From the NCBI GenBank assembly GCA_050273025.1, contig CP158636.1, forward strand, positions 5,022,001 through 5,086,000: a DNA stretch of 64,000 bases, written 5' to 3'. The stretch comes from Cenococcum geophilum (taxonomy: Eukaryota). Position numbers and translations under genes: made by a program. Positions within the stretch are counted from its first letter, which is position 1, and each line of letters begins with the position of its first letter. The notes under the pieces were generated by a model. That model ran no database searches and was not told the DNA's origin. It was given only the letters and a program-made list of their open reading frames with translations. Shown one piece after another: positions 12,793 to 26,867 of this stretch.

Positions 12793-15462
12793 CTATTTAC
12801 TCTTTTCGCGAGCTTTCTTTATAGGTCGCGATAACACTATAGTATTAGAGCGCTTTCTATAATTTGCAGATTATGGGCCTTAGTCCTAATATTCTTTTAA
12901 AATATCTTCGCAATAATTAAGGTAATCCTCTGGTTTCTATATAGAGTCTTTAGCGGGCTAGCCTAGCTATTTAACTTTATATTAAAGCTTGTTCTTAATA
13001 GATTTATAATATAGTATAGCTTTAACCTTATACCGCTTACCTATTACCTTAGGGTGTTTAATTAAGCCTAGACGGAAGTTCTTTTCTAGTAGTAGTCTAT
13101 GCTATAGCTCTAATAGGTTTATATAAAACACTAGATATATATAGGCTATAAATAGGGGTAGCTAGAGACAATAGGCTAGCTTACTAATTCGTTTCTTAAC
13201 TTAGAAGGGACTTAGGTATCTTATATTAAGCTTCTTTAATAGTTAACGGGTCTTAATATTTATTAAACGTAATAGAACCTTATCGCCTACTCCGAAATGC
13301 TTATCTTAGTGCTTATAGTTATACCAAAGTCTCTACTGCTCTTAGGTATCTTATAGGCTCTACTTTACATACTTCTATTACTCCTTTTATTCCTAGAGGT
13401 ATCCTTATACTCTTCGGTAGATATTTTTAGACTTCCTAGTAGGATCCTATAACTAATTATACGGCCTTAGCTAGTAATTATTAGGTATACTATTAAACCT
13501 AAATAGTTAAACGCTATAGGTAATCTAGATTAGTGCATACTTATACAATGCATATTACTTTAAATTATAAGCGTACTCCGCATACGGAAGTAGCTTATAC
13601 TAGTTATCTTACTAGTAGTTTAAATATATTTGTAGGTAAGACTCTAATTTCTAGTTCTAGCGTTCTGTTTATCCATCCATCTATAGATAAAAAGCCGTAC
13701 TATACTAGTGGTCTATCTTTAAATAGAAGCATAGGTCCAACTAGTATTGGCTTATAAAGACGCTGCCCCTATTAGTAATAATGGAGTGTAGCTAATCTAC
13801 TTTAAGAAAGCATTTCTCCTTAATTAGGTTGGCGAGCTCTTATACGTTAATCGTCTTATTAACGGGAAGGTATTAGACGTACTTTAAAAACCTATTAATA
13901 AGTATAAGGACCGAATCGTATGTTTGTTCTTAGCTATCTTTAAATAGTAGGAGATCCGTAATAAAGTTTATGGCGTAATATTACTATAGCTTACTAGTGG
14001 GGGGAATTAATTTAAGTAGACCCTATAGCTTATACCTACGGATCTTGTATACTTAACACTTTTTATAATAGCTGATATACTCCTTTGCTTCCTAATTAAG
14101 CCTTAGCTAATAGTATTTACGTTAAAGTAATTCTACTATCTTTACTTAACTATAGTAGCCGCCTAAAGGATTATCGTAATTCTTTATAAGAATCTTCTAT
14201 TATAGATTTGCTTCTTATAGCACCCAAACCTTACCACTTTTACGTAGTAGGCCTATTAGGTTTAGTTCCCAATAATAGTACCTAGCAGCTTCCTTTCTAT
14301 TACGTTTCCGGTCTACTTCTATATTAAGGATAATATAAAAAGCGTCCCTCTATTATACCTTATAGATAAGATCTATTAACCTTTTAGATAGTTCCTAGGT
14401 AAAAGCTATTTTATCCCATACTACTCTAAGTATAAGACTAGATGGTACTATAGATCTTATAACTCTTTAATACGCGTATATTAGGAAGGCCGCTATAAGG
14501 TTAAAGTCCTTTAGTTATTATAGGGCTCCGAGTTCTAATTACTCTATAGCTTTGCTATTAGTTTAAGGGAATAGCTTAGTAATTAGGGATAGTGTATTAC
14601 TAGGTTCTAAGAATGTATTAAGGATGTCCTGTCTAGGTATATTCGGACCCTTATTAGTAATAAACTGGGTACTAGCTAAAACGTTAGTAGAAACTAATAG
14701 GGCTTATACCGCCTAAGACTTAGTATATGGAGCTGTAGGTACTTAAGCATCCCACACCTAAAGCTTGTTCTATAATATAGGGAGTAAGATATTTATTATC
14801 TATTTTCCTTCTCCCGTTTTAAAGCCTTTAGTATAGTCTGGCCGTCGTAACAGTCTATTAATAGGGTTGTTTTCCCCTAGCTTATATTTAATTTTAAAAT
14901 TAAATTATATAAGCTCCTCTGCCTATCTAGCTTATTAAGGTATAAGCTCCTTTATAATTATAAAGTAGCGTAAATTATAGTGATTTAAGAGTACACGAGT
15001 GGTATAGCTCGCGTGCTTAAGGTAGTATTACCACTATTTAAAGCAGTTAACTATAGCTAGCAGTTTCTTATTATAGGTATAATACCTAACTTTAGGTTCC
15101 TAGAATTTTCTATTATAAAATATTACTGGTCTCTAATAGAGCTAGGTAGCGTCTAGATACCTATTAGGTTATAGTAGAATACTAATAAAGGCAAAATTTA
15201 ATATATTAGTGATTATTATTAATAACTAATCTAGGTTAAAATGCTGTAGCAATAAAGCTTCTATAAACTTTATATAAAGTTTTTAAAAGGCCTTCTAGAT
15301 CTTTCTAGGCTATAACTATAGCTTATACCATTTAGTTAATCCCTTTTTAGTTTTCTTCCATACCGCCTTTAAGCTTTTTACTTCTTAGGTTAGGTCTTAA
15401 AAAGCTTCCGCAATATAGTTAGATAGGTATTAGGTAATATCTAAATAGTTATAAATAAAGCG
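12793..15462 (-). pseudogene. Gypsy C pol 3' part: RNase H, integrase, chromodomain
   Basis: WQYYLEHASYTTRVL.DHHNL (~15000), integrase FHPSTDGQTER (~13670), GPF and HPVFHV.LLE (~13100-13210), chromodomain YEVEAIL...YKVKWLGWPAEDSTWEP (~12930-13035). Confidence 0.9.
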
Positions 15463-15649
15463 TGTCACAGTGCTGCAATAAAGTAGACTGAATAACTACG
15501 TTGTGGTATAAAGAGGGGAAGAAGGTGGAAAGGGGGTATTGTATATAAATAGTAGGGCCGGCCGCTAAGTCGCTAGTGGTGGGCTAGCTAATAGTAGGAA
15601 ATAGTACGAGACAGTATAAAACAGTATACATTAGGTTAGTGCTATAACA
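15463..15649 (-). repeat. 3' LTR of Gypsy D
   Basis: TGTCACAG...TATAACA; near-identical to 22194-22380 apart from RIP transitions. Confidence 0.95.
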
Positions 15650-15769
15650 GTACTCCTCTCCCCTAAATAGTTTGGTCCCTAAACTAAATAGATAACTTAA
15701 AAATAGGCAGTGTATAGGGTTGCCTATTTTTTTACTACAAAGATATTAGTTCCGCTTACCGCCCTTAAC

Positions 15770-15943
15770 CGAGCTAATGGTAATTTTCTATACCGGGCAT
15801 AGAAAATCCTAATTAGTTAGTTTAGTAAGTAAGGTTGGCAGAACTCTATACCGCCACCCAAATTAATCCGCGTGGCGTTTCTTAGTAAGAATTTAGCTAA
15901 TTAAATAACTTTAACTGCCGGTTAAAGTTCTATAACATCTTAA
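15770..15943 (-). other. Structured non-coding module in the 3' UTR of Gypsy D, shared with the Copia element
   Basis: Reverse complement aligns to 63116-63277. Inverted repeats at 15783-15807 and 15907-15929. Confidence 0.85.
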
Positions 15944-18900
15944 CCACTATAAATTTTAATACAGTAGTCGACCGCAACCTCGGCGTAACTTTTCCTTATT
16001 TTATGCCTAGTCTAGGGGTCCTGGCTTCTTAGGGTGTTACTTATAAAAGCGCTATATAGCTTATTTATAACCCTTTAGGTCTTCCTCTAGCTGCCAGGTT
16101 ATATCCTTATAATATTTCCATTTAATCTTATAAGTTAGGCCCTAGGGGTCTTCGTTATATACATTAAGGATTTTCTTAAACTCCCATTTGTCTTCTATGT
16201 TACCATTATTATCTCTCTCTACTACTTATCCTTATACATTATAACGCTCTATAGTATTAATATTTGCTTAGCTAGGGATTTCTTTAGCAGCCTAAAGGCG
16301 GACCTTAAATATATAAAAGGATTTATTTACTCGGATATAGTCCGGGAGGTCTACTATAACTGCCCCTTAGTATACTATAAGTATGGGGTATAGGCCGTCC
16401 TATTTATCGTCCCATTTCTTCTTAGGTCTATTTATCTTTATATTTTCTAAGCTAACTATAACTATATCGCCTTCGTAGAATAACGCGCTCTTGTCCCTAT
16501 AGGTATTAGCATTATCTTTATAGCGTTACTATAAAATCTAGGCTAGGGCCTTAAGCTATATTAATATCCGCTTAAAGCGGTTAGCTATAGAGTTTGCGCA
16601 GAAGAACTCCTTCTTTACTTATACTGATAGTGTTAGTAGGTAGGGGCTAGTAGGCTTAATTCCAAGGCAAGGGTTAAAGCTATAGTTTATAAAAAATAGG
16701 GAGATGCCTATGCTCTTATTAACTTAGTTATTTATAGTAAACTTAGTAAGCGGTAGGTAGTTAACCTAGTTATTCTATATAAAGCTAATAAAAGCATAGA
16801 GGTATTTATTTATAGTAGCGTTAATAATTTTAGTTTAGCCGTCCGTTTTTAGGTACTAGGCTAAGCTTAGTTATAAGGTTATCTTAAGGCGTTTACTTAG
16901 TTATTGCTAGAAGTCGCTAATAAATTGTGTGCTATAATTAGAGATAATTATACTTAGTATACCGTAGAGCTTATATACATTATTAATAAAGCCATTAACT
17001 AGCTCCTCTATTAAGAGTTCTATTACTAGGACAAGGTATTATATTTTAGTTAGGCGGTCTATAATAATAAGGATATGTTTATATACCTTGCCATAATATT
17101 AGTATACTAGCAGCGTTATAATATAGTTAATTAAGATATTGGTCTATAGGCGGGTAGGTAATTCTAGTGGCTTTAGGAAACCGGGCGGGGTAAAATAGGG
17201 GGTCTTAGTGCGAAAGTATAGGGTATAGTCTTTAATAAAGGTAGCTATAAACTAGGAGATTCCTAGCTACTAATATGTTTGGTTTAAGAGATTAAGAGTC
17301 TTAACCCGGCTAGGGTAACTAGTGGGGCCGCTGCTATAAGAGTAATGGGTAACTTTTAGGTAAAGGTCTAGGGCGTTAGGGATAAAGAGACGTTAGCGGA
17401 AGTAGATCTATTTGTTAACGATACTACATTCTAACTTATTGCAACGGAGTAGTTTCCTAATCTTCTTTAGCTAATAGCGAGCTTTCTAATTACGTAGGGC
17501 TGCCACTATATCTCTTACGAGTTTGTTCTCCTAGTATCCTAGCTAGATTAACTTATTTAGTAACTTTTTAGCTATTTTAGGGTCTAGAGTGGCTATAAAC
17601 TCCGCGTTATTAGAGTTACGGGACTTATATAGTAATTTTTCTAAGATTATAGGGTTAACTTTCTAGGGCGGTATAATGACTTAGGCTTGGTAGCGGAGGC
17701 ATTTATTATTGGCGTCCTTAGGCCTTATTCCTAGTAGCTAGCTTAGGGCGTTAGGGAGCGTGGCTTTACTGCTGGGTCTATATATAATTATAAAGTTAAA
17801 CTATAAAAGGAACTCTGCCTACTAAACTTAGCGCTAGTTTAGCTGCTTAGTAGTTATAAACATCTATAGGTTCTTATAGTTGGTAATAATTTTAAATAGC
17901 TCCTTAGTCCCTTATAGCTTAGGACACTATTTCTTTAAAGCCTTAATAATAGCTAAGAGTTCTTTATTATAGATCTTGTAGTTATACTTTAGCGTAGAGT
18001 GCTTTACGGAGAAGAATGTGACTAGTTTTAATTTTCCGTTATTATTATATTGGGAAAGAACTCCGCCAAAAGCCTAATTTAATATATCTATCTCTACCAC
18101 TGTTTTCTTTATATAGTTATAGTATACTAGTACTAGTACTAAAGTAAAGGCTCCCTTAAGGGCCTTAAATGATTTGGCTTGTTCTAGTCCCTATAGCTAT
18201 CCGATATCCTTCTTTAGGAGTTTTATTATAGGTGTAGTAATAGTAGAGTAGCCTTAGATAAATTGTTAGTAGAAGTTTGCGAAGCCGAGAAATTATTATA
18301 GTTCTTTAATTAATATTGGGTCCTTTTATTCCTATAAGGCCTGTACCTTCTTAGGGTCTATAGTTATACTATTAATCGAGATAATTAAGCTAAGGTATTT
18401 TATTTTAGTAGAGTAGAACTTAAACTTATTAATATTAATCTAAAGTCTAGCATTGCCGAGTCTTTAGATAACTTTATTTACATACTTAGTATGCTTAGCG
18501 CGTGTTTTAGAAAAGACAAGGACGTTGTTAAGGTAGGCAGTGTAGTAGTTGTTAAGGGCATTATATAAAATATAGTTAATATAGTTTTAGAACGTAGTAG
18601 GTGCGTTATAGAGGCTAAATAGTATAACTAGTATTTTATAGAGTCTGAACCGGGTAATAAATGCTATAAGCTATTTATGGCCCTCTATAATCCGGATCCG
18701 GTTAAATATAGTAATTATATTAAGTTTAGTAAAGTACTTAGTACTATAAAGTGCGTTAAGTGTCTTATAGATTAGTAGTAGTAGGTATTAATTCTTAATA
18801 GTAACTATGTTTAGGCCTTAGTAGTTATAGCAGATTTGTATACTACCGCTAGGCTTAGTAGCGAGGAGGAGTAGTACGGTAGCTAGTAAGGTTAATTTGC

Positions 18901-21900
18901 GGATAAAACCCTTATCCAGTATTTTATTAATCCACTTCTTTATATACCTAAGTTTAGTAGGTAAAAGTGGTCTATTTTTATAGTACGGGGCCTAGTTTCC
19001 GGGGGTAATCTTAATTTTATAGTCCTATGGTTAGTAAGGGGGCAGCTTATTTACGTTTTTAGGGAGGAAGTACTTAATATATTTACTAAACTCCTTTAGT
19101 AGGCGTTATAGAATATCTTTATAGGTTAATCCCGGTTTGCCTTTTAGGAATTTTTTAATATTAGTGTTAACTATCTTCCGACATAAAAGCTTAGGTTTAG
19201 TTTTTAGATTTATTTTAAGGAAGTTATAGAAATAGGGGGGGGAACACTTTACGGGCTTCCTTTATTGTATAGTTACCTTCTACTAGTCGGCGGAAAGACC
19301 TTTTTAATAGGTTCGGTACTTCTATTAGGCCTATAGGCAGCTCTTTAAACAGCTATTGGTGCTTATCTTATTTAACTAGTTCTACTAGCTCCGCTATATA
19401 GATCCTTATTACCTTTACGTCTTTTTATTTATAGAACTAGGTGAAATTAATAGTATAAGTATATTTAATATCGTCTAGGTTAGGGCGTATTTAGTTCTCT
19501 AGTGTTACGGCTAAGCTAGCACAGCTTAATTAGCCTAGGGGGGCGGAAATAAGGCGGCGGCCCTATATAGTACGCGTGGGAGACGGGTGTAAGGTTAGGC
19601 GTTATAGTGGCACGGTTTCTATTATCCGGGTTTTAGTAGTTCTATAGCCAGTCCTTACTATAACGCGAGCTATAGTATGCGTATATGGTATATAGCTTAG
19701 TTCTAGGTGTTAGGCTAGGCGGCTGGGGTTTAAATGGTGCCTAGGTTAGGGTTGGATTCTTAGTAGTAGCGGCACAAAGCGGACCTTCTTCCTTAGTCTT
19801 AGTAGGGCTGGCTGGCCCGTTATTTTGGTTTTAAGTGCTAGGGTAGTCTAGTCTTCTACTATCTTATTTCTTTATAGTTATACAGGCTCTCCTTTATTAG
19901 GAACGTCTTCTACTATTAGGGCTTTATATATAGTCCTAGGCACTAGGCTTAATAGTGCTAAGTATCTACGTGGGGCGTCCCTACTAACGTCGGCTATCCC
20001 CTACGGGAGGTAGTGCCTAGAGTAGTAGTCTAAGTTAAAGCGGATCTTAAGTTTCCTAAAGCTGGGACGGGGCTTATACTTCTAAAGCTAGGGCATGCCT
20101 AGAATAATTAGGGTAGTGGGCGAGAGTTTAGTAACGAAAAAGAGTATGGCTTTAGTATAGAAGCCAATTAATATTTAGGTGGTAAAGTAGTCTATAATAA
20201 GCAAAGTTAGAATACCGTCTATAAGGCGCAGTGGCCTAGGTACTAGCAGCTTCTTAGTTATAACGTTATACTTTCTTATAATAGACTCTATATTAGTAAA
20301 TGCTATTATAGTACTACTAGAGTCCACTAGGCTTACTATATTAATATAAACTTAGGGGTATAGGTTATATAATAAGGAGAGTTAGGTTTAAATAAGGATT
20401 AATTTCTTATTACTATTTACTAATCTAAGATTAAATAGCAGTTTACTAATAGAAAGGACTAATTAATCTAGTAATAGGGACCTAATCTTCTTATCTTCCT
20501 CCTTATATGGTTTAGACCTTTAGATATAACTTAGTTTAAGGGTTTACCTTTTAACGACTAGGGTATAAGGCTGTTTTGGCGGGGCGGTCTAGTGTCCGTC
20601 TAACTGGCGGTGTTAGTCTTAGTTTTGGTCAGGGTATAGGAAGATAATACCTCGCTAACGATATAGCCGTGTTTGTATTCGCTAGCGCGAAGTCGCTAAT
20701 ACTAAGCATTATTAACGGGTTAGGCTCCTATATAGGGTATAGTTTAGAGTAACTAAGCCATAGGGTTAAAGGGGGGGGGGTCGTCCGCCGCGGCTATAAT
20801 AGGCTCCGCGGTCGCTACATCTATAATAGACTCTATAGTTGCCGCGTCTATAGTTATTAGTTTACATTATTTAACGGGGTAGTATTAGGACTGGGTTTGC
20901 TATCTTAGTGGGGTTATAGGTATCCTTCTAGTGGCTAGGCAGGCCATAGGCAAGGTATAGTCTATTATTAACGCGGCGCTTACGCTCCGTATCTAAGATT
21001 CTATTAAGGTTTATAGGTTCTCTAGTTACTATTAGGGTCGGGGTTAACATAGGGGCAGGGGCTTAGGTAGGTAGGCGGTGGTTAGCGTTCTTCTTAAGGT
21101 TGGCTTAGTGTATATAGTTCGCAAGGTTCTTAGTAAATACGTCTATCTACTTACTCTAACCTATATAGTTGCTATCGTTAATTTTATAGGTAAGTCTAAG
21201 TACTAGCTCTTCTATCTTCGGAGAGATAAACTTTTAGAGTAGGTCCACCTTCTATTCGTCTATCTTCTTAGCGCAGACTATTAGCTTATTAGGCTCTCCC
21301 TTCTAGGACTAGTAATTACGTTTGCCCTAGGGGAAATAGTTAAGCTTATTTTTTGCGACCTAGGTCATATTAAAGACCTTATAGTAGGCAGTAAGGTCTT
21401 TAAGCATATCTTCCTTAGTAGGCCATTTCTACGCAGATATGTTATTTAGGTTCTTATATATAAGCTCTAGGCCCTACTTAATAAACTTATAGGCCTTGTC
21501 CTTTAGTATATCCAAGATATAAAGGATTTAGGACTAAACTGTATTAAAGTAATCCTAGTCCCAGTTGAAGACTCCCTTAATCTTAATATGCTAGGTCTTA
21601 AAATTAGCTTATTATTTTAGTAGGGTGCCTTTTCCGCTAAATATTGGCGGGTTTTTAGATCTCCGTTTTTTCTGCTAGGTTGCTACTATTATTATAGGGG
21701 TTAATTATTTTAGAACGGTAATAGTCTCTATTTAGGAGTTAATAGTTCCTATCTAGGAAGCAATAAGGGCACTAAGGTTTTTATTAGCTTTCTTATTAGT
21801 AGTGTTTATGTTATATATATACTATAGTCCTACTTTAATGTTATTAAGGAACTCGTTAGTATAGTTAACAAGGGTAAGGTAAGCTTTGCTAGGCTTAAAG

Positions 21901-22193
21901 GTCTTAGGGTACAGTAGGGAGCGGTGGATTATCTATGCGATATTGGGGTATATCTCTATAAAGAGGTCTACAAAGACATTACGGGGGTTTTAGGTTTTGG
22001 TTATTTTGGCGTTATTAGTGTCGCCTATTTAGGCGCTAAGTAAAAACTAAGGATTGTTTTAGGACTGTGCTAGGGACGTATTGGTTTTAGCAGAGGCGCG
22101 CGTAGGTTGCGATTGCTCTAGGGCGAAGGTTAATTAGCTGGGGTATAAGGAGTTAGTAATCGCGACAGGGCGTAAATTAAAGATACCACAAAA

Positions 22194-22380
22194 TGTCATA
22201 GTGCTGCAATAAAGTAGACTAAATAACTACGTTGTGGTATAAAGAGGGGAAGAAGGTGGAAAGGGGGTATTATATACAAATAGTAGGGCCGGCCGCTAAG
22301 TCGCTAGTGGTGGGCCAGCCAATAGTAGGAAATAGTACGAGATAGTATGAAACAGTATGCGTTAGGTTAGTGCCGTGACA
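22194..22380 (-). repeat. 5' LTR of Gypsy D
   Basis: TGTCATAG...CGTGACA followed by TSD AAGCG. Confidence 0.95.
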
Positions 22381-22385
22381 AAGCG

Positions 22386-25300
22386 CCTATAGAAATTGGC
22401 AAAGCCTAGGAATACTTAAATATCCTAGTAGCTCTCTAGCTCTAGCCACTTCTAAATTATTTATACCTATATTAGGTCTATAACTATACCTATAGGCATT
22501 ATAATATAACCTAGGAACTTAACCTACTTAGTATTAAAGATATACTTTAACGCCTTAGCGTAAAGGCCCTAATTATCTAAATGTTCCAGTACTTCGCGGA
22601 TATATTACTTATATTAATTCTTATTTTCTAAATAGATTAAGATATTATTTAAATAGATAATATATATACGGTTAACTAGTCCCCCTAAGGCTCTATAAAT
22701 ATATAATTGGAATATTATAGGCGCGTTGGCTAGCCTAAAAGGCATTACTAGATACTTATAGTAGCTATATTAGGTCTTAAAAGCAGTCTTTTACTTATCC
22801 CCTTCTTTAATACGGAGCCTATAATAGGCGTCTTATAGGTCTAGCTTTATAAAGATCTTCGCCCTAAATAGTTAATCCAGCATTTTACTAACTAGTGGTA
22901 GTAGGTAACGGTTCTTAATTATAATCTTATTAAGACCGTAATAGTTTATATATAGCCTTATAGTTCTATCTAGTTTTAGGATAAAGGGAATTAGTACGCC
23001 TGCTAGTAACTTATTAGGCTAGATCTACCCCTTTTCTAGTAACCTATTAAGGTACTCTTATAGGATCTTAAGCTCTTTACGTAAGAGGTTATAGATAGAA
23101 AGGTTTAGCGGTTGTTTACCTTCTTCTAGATTAATTATATAATTATACTCCGAGTTTTATGGTAGAACTTTAGCTCTCTTACCTAAAAATACCCTTAGTA
23201 AATCCCTTAGGCCTGCTAGAATATTTAATAAATTAGGATCGCGTTTATCCTCTACGTTATTATTAGGTAGGTCCTAAAGCTCCCGTAAGATACTCGCGGG
23301 CAGCGTTATACGCTATAGTAGTTGTTTATATATAGTTGCCACTATATATTATACCGTTTTATATAGTAGCTAGTAAAGGGTAGAGAAATCCTTAACGCAG
23401 CACTTAAGATACTATAGTATACTCTCCGTATATTACTTAAGCTAGAGTAACCTATAACGGTTAAAGTATCTTATAAGATCCTTAAGATCGCTGCCTCCCT
23501 ATAATGTCTCCGCGACCTATCTAGTAGTTCCCTATAGGGTCTCTATTATAGAGGGGTTATTACCTATACTAGGCTCTATGCCTATCTTATTATTAAATAG
23601 GGGTTAGATCTAATACTCCTTTAGATATAAAGCGTATACTATTTTACCTAGGGCTATATTCTTTAGGATATCCTTTAGGCTTATTAATAATATACGCCCT
23701 TTTAAATCTTTATTATTCTATTATTTAAAGGCTCTAGTTCTAAAGTATATCTTAGGATCTACTTCCGCAAGCTAAGGGTATCTAAGGATAAGGATATAAC
23801 CTATAAAGTTAGCTACTAATACTATAAGCTTATAGGCACTATATAGTTTAATCCAATGCTTATTTAAGAAGCCTATAATAGGTTTCCGCCACCTTTACAA
23901 TAGGATAAGTTTATACTCTTTTACCAAATTATATTATATAAGATTAATTTCGGCGCCGCTATTATATAGTGCTTAGAACTATTATACCTCACCTATAGGG
24001 AGTATTATTTCTAGCTTAATAGTAATATGGAGAGTCTTTCCTTCTATATCTTACCCTAGTTATAGCTAAGAGAAGTCTATAACTAAGGCTTTTCTTTTTT
24101 TAGGTTATTAGTACGGTTGTCGCCCTACTTATTTTTTTAATAGGATCTACCTTTAGAGTTTTCTTTTAACTTCTTAGAGTGTTCCTATAAAGGTGCTAAA
24201 TAGGTATTAGATTGGCCCTAGGAGTCTTTCCTATTATTTAAGGCCCCTAACTTTAACCCTTTTAAAGTTCTTTTTAAGAACGGCTTCTTTAAAGGTTAGA
24301 TCTGCCCTATATTACTACTAAAGTGCCTACGCTTTTAGTAACCCCCTAGCTTTCTACTAAAAGAGGTCTAGTTCCTTACCATATCTTTAGCATTTAGGAC
24401 CGCTTGTTTAAAATCCGTATATATAGTAATCCGCAATAGGACTCCTACGCGTTTTATTTTATTATAAATTACTAGCTTAATTCTAGCCTAGATAAACCTA
24501 ATTTTCTTCTTCTTTTAGATACTACTGTCCTTATTTTTAAAGGGCTCTAGATCTATCTATTAAGTATAAGTTTCCATAAAGTTTATAAACTAGTAGAAGT
24601 TATAGCAGTTAAGCTATATTCTATTTTAAAATAGCTCTATATTATTATATTATACAATATACAGATCTTAAGTCTATTTCTTTAGAAAGGTTTACAGCTA
24701 TAGCTATATAGTAATTTGCTCTTTATTAAGCTAATTAAGTACGATCTGGTTTAGCGATCGGTCTTTAATCTTGCTAATAATCCAGTATATACGCTCTTTG
24801 GTATTATCTTATATTATTAGTATCTTAAAGAAGTTGTTTACCTTATAAACCTAATTATCTAACTACTAGGCGTTAGGTCTATAGCGGAGTTCTAAACTAC
24901 TAAAGGCCTTAGCCAGTTAGTCTATATCCTTTTTCCGTTTATAGCGTAGATAATTCTCTAAATCTTCTATACCTTAGGTAGGTACTAGGTAGCTCTTAAG
25001 AAGCCCTTAGCCTTAGCTAGGTTATAAAAGATTTTATCTAGCCTAGATTAAGCTCTACTAAATCTAAACCTACCCCTAAAGGTTTCTAATATATTTATTA
25101 GTGGCTTCTTCCTATATAGCTTCTAAGAGCCTTATAGCAGCTTCCTAATATCTATCTTAAAGAACATTAGTTTAGGGCTCTTAACTTTCCAACCTTAGCC
25201 TTAGGGAAGCTCCAGCTATAGAGGTAGTATTAGTACCAGTAGCTAGTATAGATTTCCCTACAAGGCTTAAGTCTTAAGTTAGTAGTTAGTTTAGATTACT

Positions 25301-25740
25301 TAAAGAGGTAGGCCTACTTAGCTTATAAGCAGTTTATGCACTACTACTATACTAATTATAGGCCAATGGTCTTTTAGGAGGGTTTTAGTTAGTTTCCTAG
25401 TTAAATACGTTAGTATATTCCTCTAGTATTTCTAGCTTAGGGGAAGATCTTAAAGTCGCCTCTGGCGCTTAATCTTTTAATTAGCCTAGGTAGAGCTAAA
25501 GGGGTTCCAGCTACTTTTTAGTAGCATTATAACCGTTATAGAGGGTGTCTACATTTTCCTTAGCGGTGATTGTAGGTATACGAGAGTTTTTAAGCTCCTA
25601 GAGCATCTAGGTATTAGGGCTCGTTTAGCCGTCTTACCTAAAGGGTTATATTGTCGCAATCTCTCGCTATTAGAGGGACCTTCCTACCTTTACGCGACGG
25701 CTTTCTATAAAGTATCTATAGAGTTTCCGTTTAGGTTATC
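22386..25740 (-). pseudogene. Gypsy C gag, protease and RT
   Basis: Protease DSGAEINL (~23940-23965). RT LCVDYRGLN (~22930), LVMPFGLANAP (~22730), YLDDILI (~22650). Start coordinate of gag is approximate. Confidence 0.88.
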
Positions 25741-25845
25741 GCGAGATTTTTAAGGAAAGATAGTAGTTATAAATAAAAGATATAAACAAATAATCTAGTC
25801 CTTAAAGCTAACTACCCTTTTAAAAAAGAGTAGGAAGGATTTAAA

Positions 25846-26062
25846 TATAAGGGGATCTTATAAATAGGGGGCTATAAGGACACGATTGTAGAATAGGATA
25901 GATTGGTAAGAGAGATAAATCCTTAAAGAGGTAAGGCCTCTAGGATTGTAGAGACTATATACTATAGGTATATGCCTTTAGTACGTAACCGGCGACCATT
26001 TAAGGGGCGTCCGGGGGTTGTCCTAAGGGCAACCTAAGGTATCCGCAATAATATCCCTTATA
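25846..26062 (-). repeat. 5' LTR of Gypsy C
   Basis: Direct repeat of 10300-10516, followed by TSD ATTAA. Confidence 0.95.
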
Positions 26063-26067
26063 ATTAA

Positions 26068-26867
26068 CTTTAAGCTTATTCTATAATTAAAGCTTCTAAT
26101 TATTAAATATAGGGTTAGTTCTATCTATAAGTAATAGGGGGTTCACAACCTTTACAGACCGCGATAATGCTAATACTATATATTAGGCTAGGGTTTTAAG
26201 GACTATAGTAAGTCTCTAGGTGCCTAATAACTTTTTACTAGGTATAGGGGGTTCTTTAGCTTTAAGTAGCTCTTAAAGTTATTTAATTTCGGTATTAGCT
26301 GCTATAAGCTCTACCTAAGAGTTTAAGTTAGTTACTGTTTTACTATTAGAGGTATTTAAGGGTCCTATAGCTGCTTTACCGGCCGTTATATTTTTTAGCC
26401 CAGTGGTATAATTATTAGGGCAACTTTCAGTAAGATTCTATAAGGGTTTTAGTCTATGCGTGTTCTATAGGTCTTATTATTCTTTTCTATTATTCTAGTT
26501 CTATTCTATTCTTTAAGTTCTAGTAGTAGTCTTTAGGTTTATTTCTATGTTCTATTCTTATTTATAGTCCTATAAATATATTTAAGTTCCTTCTTAAGAA
26601 GAAAAGTAGATAAGCTTTAGATAATATTAGCGACTTAGTTAATTAAGGTATAAGCACAGTAAGAGGGACGCGCAAGCCTATATAGTTAGTAGTCTATAAA
26701 CAAGAATCTAAAGCTAGAGCAAGGAAAGGAGACAGAGGGTAGCGATACTTAACGTTATATATAATCCTTTAGTTACGTAATAGCAATTATCTAAAACTAT
26801 TTAAAACTATCTGCGATTGTCCGCTATAATCTACTAATATCTACTAGTTTCTACTAGCGCCGTAATA
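26068..26867 (-). mobile_element. Gypsy B, segment 1: 5' LTR (~26625-26867), leader and gag N-terminus; inserted in the RT of Gypsy F
   Basis: gag P.LL.DG..PTFDNWKLQL.NKLEV joins in frame to sequence at 10299. The LTR is bounded by TATTA...TAATA (RIPed TG..CA). Partner LTR lies outside the window. Confidence 0.8.

Larger units (their letters stand above)
15463..22380 (-). mobile_element. Gypsy D (chromovirus), complete, 6918 bp; inserted between RT and RNase H of C
   Basis: 187-bp LTRs at 15463-15649 and 22194-22380. TSD AAGCG at 15458-15462 and 22381-22385. PPT at 15653-15664. gag knuckle ~20930-20960, protease LVDSSG ~20325, RT YLDD ~18530, RNase H, integrase and chromodomain YKIKWK.Y...TWQP (~16090-16135). 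Confidence 0.95.
10300..26062 (-). mobile_element. Gypsy C (chromovirus), complete, with element D nested; inserted in gag of Gypsy B
   Basis: 217-bp LTRs at 10300-10516 and 25846-26062. TSD ATTAA at 10295-10299 and 26063-26067. PPT (C-run on +) at 10520-10536. B gag reads through once C is removed. Confidence 0.95.

Noticed and set aside
13533..13757. 74-aa ORF (likewise 29875-30078 and 62080-62265)
   Set aside because: These are antisense to integrase or RT, or span an LTR junction, so they are not genes.
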